A DNA stretch of 64,000 nt. Source: Candidatus Kapaibacterium sp. Its GTDB lineage: Bacteria; Bacteroidota; Ignavibacteria; Kapaibacteriales; UBA2268. The notes under the pieces are model-generated. The model searched no databases, was not told the origin of the DNA, and saw only the letters and a program-made list of their open reading frames with translations. Of this stretch, positions 32,342 through 41,394 are shown in pieces. Made by a program: the position numbers and the translations under genes. How positions within the stretch are numbered: position 1 is the first letter of the stretch; each line of letters opens with the position of its first letter. The stretch is taken from NCBI GenBank assembly GCA_963665665.1, contig OY762428.1:3168001-3232000 (forward strand), in the 5' to 3' direction.

Positions 32342-33241
32342 TTACTCGAAATTAAATTCTTCCTCCGCATCTTCTTTCAGAATGTACTCATCGAATAGTA
32401 CATTAGTGTTCGGAAGGCATTTAATGATATTTGCAATTTTTTCAAATGGAATTTTGTTGTTCCTGATATTCAGAATTTTCAGGTTTTTCATTTCGCATAT
32501 TCCGGGAGGCAGATCTTTCAGCCTGTTGTCTGACAGGTCCAGTTCCCAAAGTTTATCCAGCTTTCCAATCCCGTTGGGAATAGTTTTCAGCCTGTTTTCG
32601 CTAAGGTCAAGCCAGTGGAGATTTTTTAGCAGGTAAATATTATCCGGAACACTTTTTATTCTGTTACCGGATATATCAATATGCTTCAGGCCGGGATAAC
32701 TTAAAAGTCCCGAGGGGAATTCGTTGAAGCGGTTGTCCGCAAGGCTAAGATTTTCAATATCAGCGGGGATATCCGGTGGAAGGTTTTTTAGCTTTTGTTT
32801 ATCGAAGTTTAGAATATTTTTTGCGTCCGGTGTATTTCTTTTGCTCATTCCGGAAAGTTGGTCTTCGATAGCTTTCAGGCTGTTCATTGCTGATTCAACG
32901 GCTACCTGGCTACCGTCAGCCATAGATATCAGGTTGGAATACTGCTGCTTAGCTTCTTTCAGATATGCTTCGGCTTCCTCAAGCATTCCAATATCACGGA
33001 AAAGATAACCGAAAAATTCATTTGCAGCAGCTGTCCAGTATTTTCCTTCCCAGCTTTTCACGTTATTCAGAAGTTTACGCCCCTTGTTCAGGTAGTCAGC
33101 GGCTTTTTCGTAATGTCCGGCCTCGCGGTATGTGTTTCCAAGCTTCAGGTAGCGGGTGCCGAGCGATACATTATCCTCCGAAAAGGAAAGCAGCATCAAT
33201 GTTACGATAAATATAGTCAGTGTTTTTATAATATTTTTCAT
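32342..33241 (-). CDS. Exported TPR plus leucine-rich-repeat protein
   Basis: Signal peptide; TPR-like helices; repeated LxLSxNRLxxIP. Confidence 0.85.
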   Translation of the reverse strand: MKNIIKTLTIFIVTLMLLSFSEDNVSLGTRYLKLGNTYREAGHYEKAADYLNKGRKLLNNVKSWEGKYWTAAANEFFGYLFRDIGMLEEAEAYLKEAKQQYSNLISMADGSQVAVESAMNSLKAIEDQLSGMSKRNTPDAKNILNFDKQKLKNLPPDIPADIENLSLADNRFNEFPSGLLSYPGLKHIDISGNRIKSVPDNIYLLKNLHWLDLSENRLKTIPNGIGKLDKLWELDLSDNRLKDLPPGICEMKNLKILNIRNNKIPFEKIANIIKCLPNTNVLFDEYILKEDAEEEFNFE

Positions 33242-33243
33242 TT

Positions 33244-34356
33244 CTATCCTCTTATCCGATTAATAAGCTGTTTCCAGAAATTATACTTTACGCCGAGATT
33301 CAATGCAATATGTGTTCTGCCCACATTCAACGGGGGAATTCCAAGATTCTCGTGCCCTGTGCTGAATACCAGGTCGTCCTCGAAAGAGTGGTACAGCGAG
33401 AAACCAAGGGTGAATTCGAGTGGTACACGCCCCGCTGGCTGCCCGGCAAAATATCCGAAATCGAATTTAAGGCCTTTCCAGTCGAAACTGCCAAGATCAC
33501 GGTTGTAAATATTACCCTTGCCCCAGAAATAGCCGAGCCCTACCCTGAAACCGTCGTGATAATCACCACTGCCGAATATTGGTTTTATAGTGCTGCTGAG
33601 CCCCATGGAATTTATATGGCTTTCCCATTTTTCGCTTATGTTATCCCTTGTACCGGGAAAATAGGACAATGTTGTAATTTTAGGTGCGGAATATTCATAC
33701 CAGAAGTCAAGCCCGGGCCAGAATCCGAGAAGCTTATATGCATTTACGTTAAGCCTCAGGCTAAGCCAGGGATCGTTTTCAACCACGTTATCACCATTCG
33801 ATATAAACATGTTTTCACTAACAACCACCGACATAACAGTAATTTTTTCTTCTTCGGGCGCATTGTATTCTTCCTCGAGTCTTTTCAAGCGTTTATTGCA
33901 AAGCCTTTCACTTTCGTTGATCAGCCTTGCCTGCTCTTCAATGCAATTGTGCTTGATCTGCCAGCATGTATCAATATAATACTTAACGGTATCAGCCAGA
34001 AGTTTCCTGTAATAACTTGCCGGATGTTCCGGCAGGGATATTATCTGTTCTTCAAGTTTTTTTGAAATGAAGTGGTATCGTTTAATATATTTGATATCAA
34101 GATCCTCAAGCTGGTCGAAAGTAGGGGCTGAAAATTTTATTACAGGTTCATAACCAAGAAATACCAGCTGGTTCTTTAATTCCATGGCAGTGTTATAGTA
34201 ATCCATAATTAACTTTGTAAAAAGGCCCTCGCTGTCCTCGTAGAGTTCAAGTTCAGAATCAGGCGGGAGTGGCGGAGTTTCTACAACAGGTTCGGCAGCA
34301 TTTATCAGCCAGGCTGATAAAAAGCTTGTGATCAATATAAGGATAAGTTTTCTCAT
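33244..34356 (-). CDS. Exported hypothetical protein (helical N-half, probable beta-barrel C-half)
   Basis: Signal peptide; amphipathic strands ending LNLGVKYNFW; 2 bp from the LRR gene. Confidence 0.7.
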   Translation of the reverse strand: MRKLILILITSFLSAWLINAAEPVVETPPLPPDSELELYEDSEGLFTKLIMDYYNTAMELKNQLVFLGYEPVIKFSAPTFDQLEDLDIKYIKRYHFISKKLEEQIISLPEHPASYYRKLLADTVKYYIDTCWQIKHNCIEEQARLINESERLCNKRLKRLEEEYNAPEEEKITVMSVVVSENMFISNGDNVVENDPWLSLRLNVNAYKLLGFWPGLDFWYEYSAPKITTLSYFPGTRDNISEKWESHINSMGLSSTIKPIFGSGDYHDGFRVGLGYFWGKGNIYNRDLGSFDWKGLKFDFGYFAGQPAGRVPLEFTLGFSLYHSFEDDLVFSTGHENLGIPPLNVGRTHIALNLGVKYNFWKQLINRIRG

Positions 34357-34411
34357 TTTATCACCATTAAATTATGAAATTATTAATTTTCAATATCTTA
34401 GGGTGTTTTAT

Positions 34412-34428
34412 TGCAACAATTGTGCCAA
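34412..34428 (-). promoter_or_regulatory. Sigma-54 (-24/-12) promoter
   Basis: Minus strand TTGGCACAATTGTTGCA equals the TGGCAC-N5-TTGCA consensus, about 55 bp upstream of ATG 34356. Confidence 0.75.
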
Positions 34429-34910
34429 TAGAAAGCACAATCAGTTATCTGTATTGATACGACCCGGAATACATGTTGGAATAATGAAGAACTGAGAGGT
34501 GCGAACTACATTTTGTGAATTCTGACAGAAAGTTTTATGGAAGAAAATCGAAGAAAAAAAGACAAATATTTCACCTTCGAAAAGCAAAATAGAAATATAT
34601 GTAACCATTGTGTGGTTGAAAAATAAAAAAAATTTGTGCTTATATTAAAAAAATTGCTTTGAATAAATATCTAATAAAAATTTAAGAATTTGCGAAAAAT
34701 AGTAATAGCCTTGGCGAAAAATAAAGATTGTTGTAACATAATATTGATTTATGCTGCTTATGTCTTTGTTAAATAATAAATATAGATAATATTGCCACAT
34801 TGAAATAGAATTTGCCGGGATAGAAACATTTGCAGAATATGTGTTAGGCAAGCCTAAATATACCATGATTTTAGGTTAGCAACACTTTGTTTACATAAAT
34901 TTCAAAAAAA

Positions 34911-34941
34911 TTGCGTTTTCAGGGTCTCAGTCATATACTTG
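34911..34941 (+). promoter_or_regulatory. Candidate housekeeping promoter of the sat-apr operon
   Basis: TTGCGT-N17-TATACT(TG) preceded by an A-tract, about 52 bp upstream of the sat ATG. Confidence 0.55.
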
Positions 34942-34993
34942 TACTCGCAAATTGAATTTTCGTAATCCACTCAGAGTTATTCGGAGATAGACA

Positions 34994-36220
34994 ATGTCAA
35001 CAAAACTTATCAGCCCACACGGAAGCCCGGAATTAATCGAATTGTTACTTTCCGGCGACGAACTTAAGGCAGAGCAGGAAAAAGCTGCCGGTTTAATGAA
35101 AGTAAACGTCACAAGCCGTGAAGCGGGTGACCTTATCATGCTTGGAATCGGTGGTTTTACACCTCTAACAGGCTTCATGGGTAAGGAAGACTGGAAGAGC
35201 GTATGCTCAGATATGAAAATGCCGAGCAAAGATGGTTTGTTCTGGCCGATCCCGGTTACTCTTTCAGTAACGAAAGAAGAAGCCGACAAAATGAACATTG
35301 GTGATGAAATCGCATTGTATTCAGAAGAATATGGCGAGATCATGGCAACAATGAAAGTTGAAGAAAAATACTCGATCGACAAAGAATTCGAATGTCAGCA
35401 TGTTTACAAAACAGCTGAAATGGAACACCCCGGTGTAAAAATGGTTATGGAACAAAAAGAAGTTAACCTGGCCGGCCCGGTTAAAGTTCTTTCCGAAGGC
35501 CCGTTCCCGACAGAATTCAAAGGTATCTATCAGAGGCCGAGCGAATCAAGAGCAGTTTTCGAGAAAAAAGGATGGAAAACAATCGCAGCTCTTCAGCTCA
35601 GAAACCCGATGCACCGCAGCCACGAATTCCTGGCAAAGATAGCTTTGGAAGTTTCAGACGGCCTTTATATTCACCAGCTGGTTGGTAAACTGAAACCAGG
35701 TGATATACCCGCAGACGTCAGGGTGAACTGTATAAATACCCTTGTTGATTACTATTTCGTAAAAGATTCAGTGCTTACAGGCGGTTATCCTCTGGATATG
35801 CGTTATGCAGGCCCGCGCGAAGGCCTTCTTCACGCTCTCTTCCGCCAGAACTTTGGCTGTACTCACATGATTATTGGCCGCGACCATGCCGGTGTTGGCA
35901 ACTATTACGGCCCGTTTGACGCACAGGATATTTTTGACGAGCTTTGGGAAGGCGCACTTCTTTGCAAGCCATTGAAAATTGACTGGACATTCTGGTGCTA
36001 CAAATGCGGCGGTATGGCTTCAATGAAAACCTGCCCGCACTCAAAAGAAGACAGGCTTCTGCTTTCCGGTACAATGCTGCGTAAAGGCCTTTCGGAAGGT
36101 GCAGATATTCCGGCAGAATTCAGCCGTCCTGAAGTACTCAAGATATTGAGGGAATACTATGGCGGACTGAAAGAAAAAGTTGAAGTGAAACTTCACCGCG
36201 GCGCCACAGGCGAAGGCTGA
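34994..36220 (+). CDS. sat: Sulfate adenylyltransferase (dissimilatory-type Sat)
   Basis: [44 protein letters not shown] Zn site, FSRPEV. Confidence 0.97.
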   Translation: MSTKLISPHGSPELIELLLSGDELKAEQEKAAGLMKVNVTSREAGDLIMLGIGGFTPLTGFMGKEDWKSVCSDMKMPSKDGLFWPIPVTLSVTKEEADKMNIGDEIALYSEEYGEIMATMKVEEKYSIDKEFECQHVYKTAEMEHPGVKMVMEQKEVNLAGPVKVLSEGPFPTEFKGIYQRPSESRAVFEKKGWKTIAALQLRNPMHRSHEFLAKIALEVSDGLYIHQLVGKLKPGDIPADVRVNCINTLVDYYFVKDSVLTGGYPLDMRYAGPREGLLHALFRQNFGCTHMIIGRDHAGVGNYYGPFDAQDIFDELWEGALLCKPLKIDWTFWCYKCGGMASMKTCPHSKEDRLLLSGTMLRKGLSEGADIPAEFSRPEVLKILREYYGGLKEKVEVKLHRGATGEG

Positions 36221-36321
36221 TAGACTTTAGTAGTAAAGTTATAAACAGGAAATTAATTATATCCTGGCTATATAAATAATATTTCAATTAACCTAGTTAA
36301 ATCACAAACAGGAGAACAAAC

Positions 36322-36759
36322 ATGCCAAGTTATGTTATCCAGGAAAAATGCGACGGATGTAAAGCGCTTGACAAAACTGCATGCCAGTACATCTGCCCTA
36401 ATGACCTCATGGTACTTAACAAAGAAGCAATGAAGGCTTTCAATCTTGAGCCTGAAATGTGCTGGGAATGCTACAACTGCGTAAAAATTTGCCCTCAGCA
36501 GGCTATTGAAGTTCGCGGTTATGCAGACTTTATGCCCCTCGGTGGCGTAGTAACACCGATGAGAAGCTCCGATTCTATCATGTGGACAATTAAATTCCGT
36601 AATGGAACTCTTAAACGCTTCAAATTCCCGATCCGTACAACACCGGAAGGTTCTGCCGTTCCTAATGGCGGTTGGGATACTTGTAAAGAAGATGATGTAT
36701 CCAGCCCGTTCCTTTATACAGAGCCGGATTCACTTCGTACAGAGTTGTTCACGAAATAA
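36322..36759 (+). CDS. aprB: APS reductase beta subunit
   Basis: CDGC...CQYICP, CWECYNCVKICP, RGYADF, KRFKFPIRTT. Confidence 0.97.
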   Translation: MPSYVIQEKCDGCKALDKTACQYICPNDLMVLNKEAMKAFNLEPEMCWECYNCVKICPQQAIEVRGYADFMPLGGVVTPMRSSDSIMWTIKFRNGTLKRFKFPIRTTPEGSAVPNGGWDTCKEDDVSSPFLYTEPDSLRTELFTK

Positions 36760-36797
36760 TTGATTGTAATTAATTAAATAGATTAGGAGAAATTCAC

Positions 36798-38669
36798 ATG
36801 GCTAATTTCGAAACTGTAGAAGTCACCACTGATTTTCTAATCATTGGTGGTGGTATGTCAGCTTGCGGTGTTGCCGTTGAAGCAGCATACTGGGCAAAGA
36901 AACACAACCTTAAGGTTACAATGGTTGACAAAGCTGCTGTTGACCGCTCTGGCGCTGTTGCTATGGGCCTCTCAGCTATCAACCAGTACGTTGATCTGAA
37001 AAGTGGAAACAACACAATTAAAGATTATGTAGATTACGTTCGCAATGACCTCATGGGCATTACCCGTGAAGATCTCGTTGCTAATATCGCTCGTCACGTT
37101 GACGGTTCGGTTCACCTTTTTGAAAAATGGGGACTTCCGATCTGGACAGACGAAAATGGCGATTACGTTCATGAAGGCCGCTGGCAGCTCATGATCAATG
37201 GCGAATCATATAAAGTTATCGTTGCTGAAGCAGCTAAAAATGCTCTTGGTATCGAAAACATTTACGAAAGAGTATTTATCGTAGAACCTCTGATGGATGG
37301 CGACAAAGTTTCTGGCGCCGTTGGTTTCAGTGTTCGCGAAAATAAATTCTATGTATTCAAAGCCAAAGCCGTTTATATCGGTGCTGGTGGCGCTGTTCAC
37401 GTATTCAAACCAAGGTCAACTGGTGAAGGTCTCGGCCGTGCATGGTATCCGCCGTGGAACTCAGGTTCTTCAGCATACTTCACAATCAAAGCCGGTGCTG
37501 AAATGACATGTCAGGAAGTTCGTTTTATTCCTGTACGTTTCAAAGATGCTTATGGCCCGGTTGGTGCATGGTTCCTTCTCTTCAAATCAAGAGCTATTTC
37601 AGCTGTTGGCGGCGAGTACATGGCCGAAAGAAGAGACGAACTTGAAAAATGGCTTCCCTACGGTAAAGTTAAACCAATGCCTGCTAACTTGCGTAACTGG
37701 CTTGGTATGATGGATACTATGGAAGGTAAGGGTCCGGTTTATATGAAGACTGAAGAAGCTATCCAGAATATTGCAAATGCATACAAAGATGATCCTAAGG
37801 GATACAAGAAGAAAATGAAAGAACTTGAAGCCGAAGCATGGGAAGACTTCCTTGATATGACTATCTCCCAGGCTCTCCTTTGGGCTTCCACAGATATCTT
37901 CCCCGAAAAAGAACCATCAGAAATCGCAGCTGCAGAACCATACTTTATCGGTTCTCACTCCGGTGCTTCCGGCGCTTGGGTATCAGGCCCGAAAGACCTT
38001 GCTCCTGCAGAATATTTCTGGGGCTATCCGAACATGACAACAACTAAAGGCCTTTTTGCTGCCGGTGATGCTTCCGGTGCATCAAGCCATAAGTTCTCAT
38101 CAGGTTCACACGCTGAAGGCCGTATTGCCGGTAAAGGCGCTATCGAATACATCGTTAAAGAAAATCCGACTCACAACTATGACGATGCTGCTATCACAGC
38201 ACTGCAGGAAAAAATCCTGAAACCTTTGGATATTTACGAACAGTTTGGTAAAGAAACAACTGATCCTAACATCAACCCGAACTATATACGTCCGAAGATG
38301 TTTATGTTCCGTCTTCAGAAAATTATGGATGAATACGCAGGTGGTGTATCAGCTCAGTTCATGACTAACCAGTTCTTACTTGAAAAAGGCCTCCATCTTC
38401 TCAACTTCCTTAAAGAAGATGCAGAAAAACTCGCTGCTGAAGATATTCACGAACTCATGAGGGTTTGGGAAAATGTTCACAGGATGTGGCAGGCTGAAGC
38501 TCACGTTCGCACAATCCTCTTCCGCGACGAAACTCGCTGGCCGGGTTACTACTACAGAGCAGACAAACCCGAAATTAAAGAAGATTGGGAAAAATTCGTG
38601 AACCTGACTTATGATGAAAAAGAAGACAAATGGAATATGTTCACAAAAGACATCCATCACATCTTCTAA
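36798..38669 (+). CDS. aprA: APS reductase alpha subunit
   Basis: RSGAVAMGLSAIN, WQLMINGESYK, GRAWYPPW, RFKDAYGPVGAWF, HKFSSGS. Confidence 0.97.
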   Translation: MANFETVEVTTDFLIIGGGMSACGVAVEAAYWAKKHNLKVTMVDKAAVDRSGAVAMGLSAINQYVDLKSGNNTIKDYVDYVRNDLMGITREDLVANIARHVDGSVHLFEKWGLPIWTDENGDYVHEGRWQLMINGESYKVIVAEAAKNALGIENIYERVFIVEPLMDGDKVSGAVGFSVRENKFYVFKAKAVYIGAGGAVHVFKPRSTGEGLGRAWYPPWNSGSSAYFTIKAGAEMTCQEVRFIPVRFKDAYGPVGAWFLLFKSRAISAVGGEYMAERRDELEKWLPYGKVKPMPANLRNWLGMMDTMEGKGPVYMKTEEAIQNIANAYKDDPKGYKKKMKELEAEAWEDFLDMTISQALLWASTDIFPEKEPSEIAAAEPYFIGSHSGASGAWVSGPKDLAPAEYFWGYPNMTTTKGLFAAGDASGASSHKFSSGSHAEGRIAGKGAIEYIVKENPTHNYDDAAITALQEKILKPLDIYEQFGKETTDPNINPNYIRPKMFMFRLQKIMDEYAGGVSAQFMTNQFLLEKGLHLLNFLKEDAEKLAAEDIHELMRVWENVHRMWQAEAHVRTILFRDETRWPGYYYRADKPEIKEDWEKFVNLTYDEKEDKWNMFTKDIHHIF

Positions 38670-38685
38670 TTCACACGATTAATTT

Positions 38686-38716
38686 CGGCAATCCCGGGCA
38701 TTTGCCCGGGATGCCG
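38686..38716 (+). other. Strong GC hairpin without U-tract after aprA
   Basis: cggc-a-atcccgggca-tt-tgcccgggat-gccg. Confidence 0.7.
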
Positions 38717-38964
38717 TAATATTTTAGCTCTTTGAATAATTTGATTACTTAATACGCGAGGAAATAATACAAAATTCAGTCGCGATAGCCAGGTTAATTG
38801 AAATCATAGTAGTGATTAGCCGCGTCTGAATTTTGTATTTGAACCCCGCAGAAATCCCTATACGAACCAGAAGCTATTTCTTATAAATGATTATGGCATG
38901 TTACTTATTTGTTTTAGTGTAATGGTTCTTCAAGGGTATCTGTAAATAAACGATAGGAATTGAA

Positions 38965-39234
38965 ATGGAAAAACTTATATGCAAGCATTGCGGCGCCGAA
39001 CTTAGCAAAGTTCTTATGCCCAAGGAATCCGACTGGGGGGTTGAATACTTCTTTATTTGTATGAATGATGAATGCTCCTATTTCGTAAGGGGTTGGGACT
39101 GGATGATGGAACGTTTCAGCGTAAAGTCATCCTACAGGTTCAAAATCGATCCTGAAACTGGTGCCTCAGGGCCCATTCCGGTTACATCCCCCGACGATAT
39201 GAAAAATTGGGTAGTACACAAATTTGAAGAATAG
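38965..39234 (+). CDS. Small Cys4 (Zn-ribbon-like) hypothetical protein
   Basis: CKHC...CMNDEC; AGGA RBS; 5 bp from the next gene. Confidence 0.8.
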   Translation: MEKLICKHCGAELSKVLMPKESDWGVEYFFICMNDECSYFVRGWDWMMERFSVKSSYRFKIDPETGASGPIPVTSPDDMKNWVVHKFEE

Positions 39235-39239
39235 GAGTA

Positions 39240-40064
39240 ATGATGAAAAAACAATATGATATGAATGCAAAGAAGGCTTTACAGGAAAAAATTCTTGAAG
39301 ATTTTCCCAGAATGAAAAAAACTGACAAGTTTCGGTTTGCCTGCAATCCTTCTGTTGAATGCTTTAATAAATGCTGTAATGATGTTAATATTTTTCTTAC
39401 CCCTTATGATATTATCAGGCTTAAAAACAGGCTTGGTATATCATCAACTGAATTTTTAAGAAAATATACTCTTCTTCCGCTTGATGAAAATCTTCAGCAT
39501 CCGGTGGTTATGTTCAGAATGCAGGACGACACACTGAATTGCCATTTTGTTTCGGACAAAGGCTGCACAGTGTATGAAGACAGGCCCTGGGCCTGCCGTA
39601 TGTTCCCCGTTGGTATTGCATCGCCGAAGGATGGTAATGAAGATCTGGACGAGGAATTCTATTTTCTGCTGAAGGAAGATGTCTGCCAGGGATTCGACCA
39701 GGGGAAAGAATGGACTATTGAAGAATGGATGAATGACCAGCAGGTTGAGGATTATATAGAAATCGGCGACCTTTTTAAAGAAATATCATTACACGAGAGG
39801 TTCAGGAGCAAACGCCCCATGGAACCCGTTAAACTGGAAATGTTCTACACCGTCTGCTACGATATTGATAAGTTCAGGGATTTGGTATTTAACAGCACGT
39901 TTTTTAAGAGATTCAAAGTTAGCGGCGAGATGAAAGATAAGATGATGAACGACGACGTGGAACTGCTCAGGTACGGTTTTAAATTCCTCAGGTTCAGCCT
40001 TTTTGGCGAAAAAACGCTTGACCTGCAGGATGAGTACCAAAAGAAAGTGATGAACGAGAAATAA
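39240..40064 (+). CDS. YkgJ (CxxCxxCC) family cysteine-cluster protein
   Basis: FAC...CFNKCC, LTPYDI, CHF...GCTVYEDRPWACRMFP, CQG. Confidence 0.88.
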   Translation: MMKKQYDMNAKKALQEKILEDFPRMKKTDKFRFACNPSVECFNKCCNDVNIFLTPYDIIRLKNRLGISSTEFLRKYTLLPLDENLQHPVVMFRMQDDTLNCHFVSDKGCTVYEDRPWACRMFPVGIASPKDGNEDLDEEFYFLLKEDVCQGFDQGKEWTIEEWMNDQQVEDYIEIGDLFKEISLHERFRSKRPMEPVKLEMFYTVCYDIDKFRDLVFNSTFFKRFKVSGEMKDKMMNDDVELLRYGFKFLRFSLFGEKTLDLQDEYQKKVMNEK

Positions 40065-40096
40065 AAACCTTTATAAATTTTTAAAGGGACAATAAA

Positions 40097-41368
40097 TTGA
40101 GCGAAAGAAAAAACGTCGGAACAGACCTTGAATTTATCAGGTATCTGAAGGAACATGGCGGCGAAACAATGAAAAAGTGCTATCAATGCGCTACTTGTTC
40201 CGTTGTATGTGAACTTTCACCAAAAGAATACGCTTTTCCGAGAAAAGAAATGATCCAGGCTGCCTGGGGACAAAAGGAAAAACTAATTTCCGACCCGGAC
40301 ATCTGGCTATGCCATGGCTGTATGGATTGCAGCCAGCAGTGCCCGCGCGGTGCAAGGCCGGCCGATTTGATGTCGGCGCTGCGCTCTTATATCTATCGTT
40401 TTTATGCAATACCATCATTTATGGGTAAAGCATTATCATCACCAAAATATCTTCCGGCATTATTTTTTATACCGGTAATTCTTATATTTATACTGATGAT
40501 GATAACCCAGGGTGGTAATCTGTCCAATATTGATATGAGCATACATCAGTTCAAGTACATGGACTTTATTGCTCACGGGCCAATTGAAATACTTTTCATT
40601 GCAGGTAATTTGCTGATTTTTGCCCTGGCTTTCATGGGGTTTAAAAATTATTGGGACGATTTGAGCAAGAGCTATAACAAACCCGCCGAAAAGCCTTTTT
40701 TGGCTTCAGCGTGGCAGGTATTTGTTGATTTCATGCTGCACCGTAAATTCAGTAAATGCCCGACAAATTCAAACAGGCACATGGGGCATTTGTTTGTATT
40801 CTATGGTTTTATGGGCGCTTTAATTGCCACAGCTATTGTGGTTGTAGATCTCTTCGGGCACAAACTTGGAATCTTACCTAAGTTTTTGCCGGAGCATATG
40901 AACCTGCCTTTCCATCTGCTCGGAACATTCGACCCTTCGAATACCGGGAGCCTGATAGAAATGGCCGGATTGATTACCAAACTTATAGGGGTTGCAGGCG
41001 GATTTGGCATGGTGATCGGCGGGCTGATGCTGATTGTCAAAAGATATAACACTCCCGAGAGAGAAGCAAAATCTGCTTATTCAGATATGCTTTTCCTCTG
41101 GATACTATGGCTTGTTGCTGCAACAGGTATGCTTTGCGTTGTATTCAGGCTGGTTGATCTGCCGGCAGCAGGATACCCGATATATTTCGTTCACCTTGTT
41201 CTTGTATATTTCTTATTATGGTACATGCCGTATTCAAAGTTCGCGCACATGATTTACAGGTTTATCGGCCTTACATTCCTGAAGATGCACGGACGCGAGA
41301 ACAGGCCAGAAGTATTTTCACCTAAAGGTTTTAAAAATGTAGTTACTAAGCAAGTAACAGTTTCATGA
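40097..41368 (+). CDS. qmoC: QmoC membrane subunit (HdrC-like 2x[4Fe-4S] plus cytochrome b domain)
   Basis: KKCYQCATCSVVC, FPRKEM, WLCHGCMDCSQQCPRGA; TM helices with His ligands (HLFVFYGF, YFVHL, PYSKFAHM). Confidence 0.92.
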   Translation: MSERKNVGTDLEFIRYLKEHGGETMKKCYQCATCSVVCELSPKEYAFPRKEMIQAAWGQKEKLISDPDIWLCHGCMDCSQQCPRGARPADLMSALRSYIYRFYAIPSFMGKALSSPKYLPALFFIPVILIFILMMITQGGNLSNIDMSIHQFKYMDFIAHGPIEILFIAGNLLIFALAFMGFKNYWDDLSKSYNKPAEKPFLASAWQVFVDFMLHRKFSKCPTNSNRHMGHLFVFYGFMGALIATAIVVVDLFGHKLGILPKFLPEHMNLPFHLLGTFDPSNTGSLIEMAGLITKLIGVAGGFGMVIGGLMLIVKRYNTPEREAKSAYSDMLFLWILWLVAATGMLCVVFRLVDLPAAGYPIYFVHLVLVYFLLWYMPYSKFAHMIYRFIGLTFLKMHGRENRPEVFSPKGFKNVVTKQVTVS

Positions 41369-41394
41369 TCTTATCATTCAAATTATAAGGAGCT

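Noticed and set aside
33310-34065. 251-aa plus-strand ORF and other long antisense ORFs (e.g. 43116-43763, 53062-53604)
   Set aside because: Shadow frames opposite well-supported genes
34500-34910. Rex-like boxes upstream of sat (ttgtgaattctgacagaa, ttgtgcttatattaaaaa)
   Set aside because: Poor right half-sites in very AT-rich DNA; not distinguishable from chance by eye
38894-38910. Sigma-54-like TGGCAT upstream of the Cys4 gene
   Set aside because: The -12 element reads TTAT rather than TTGC
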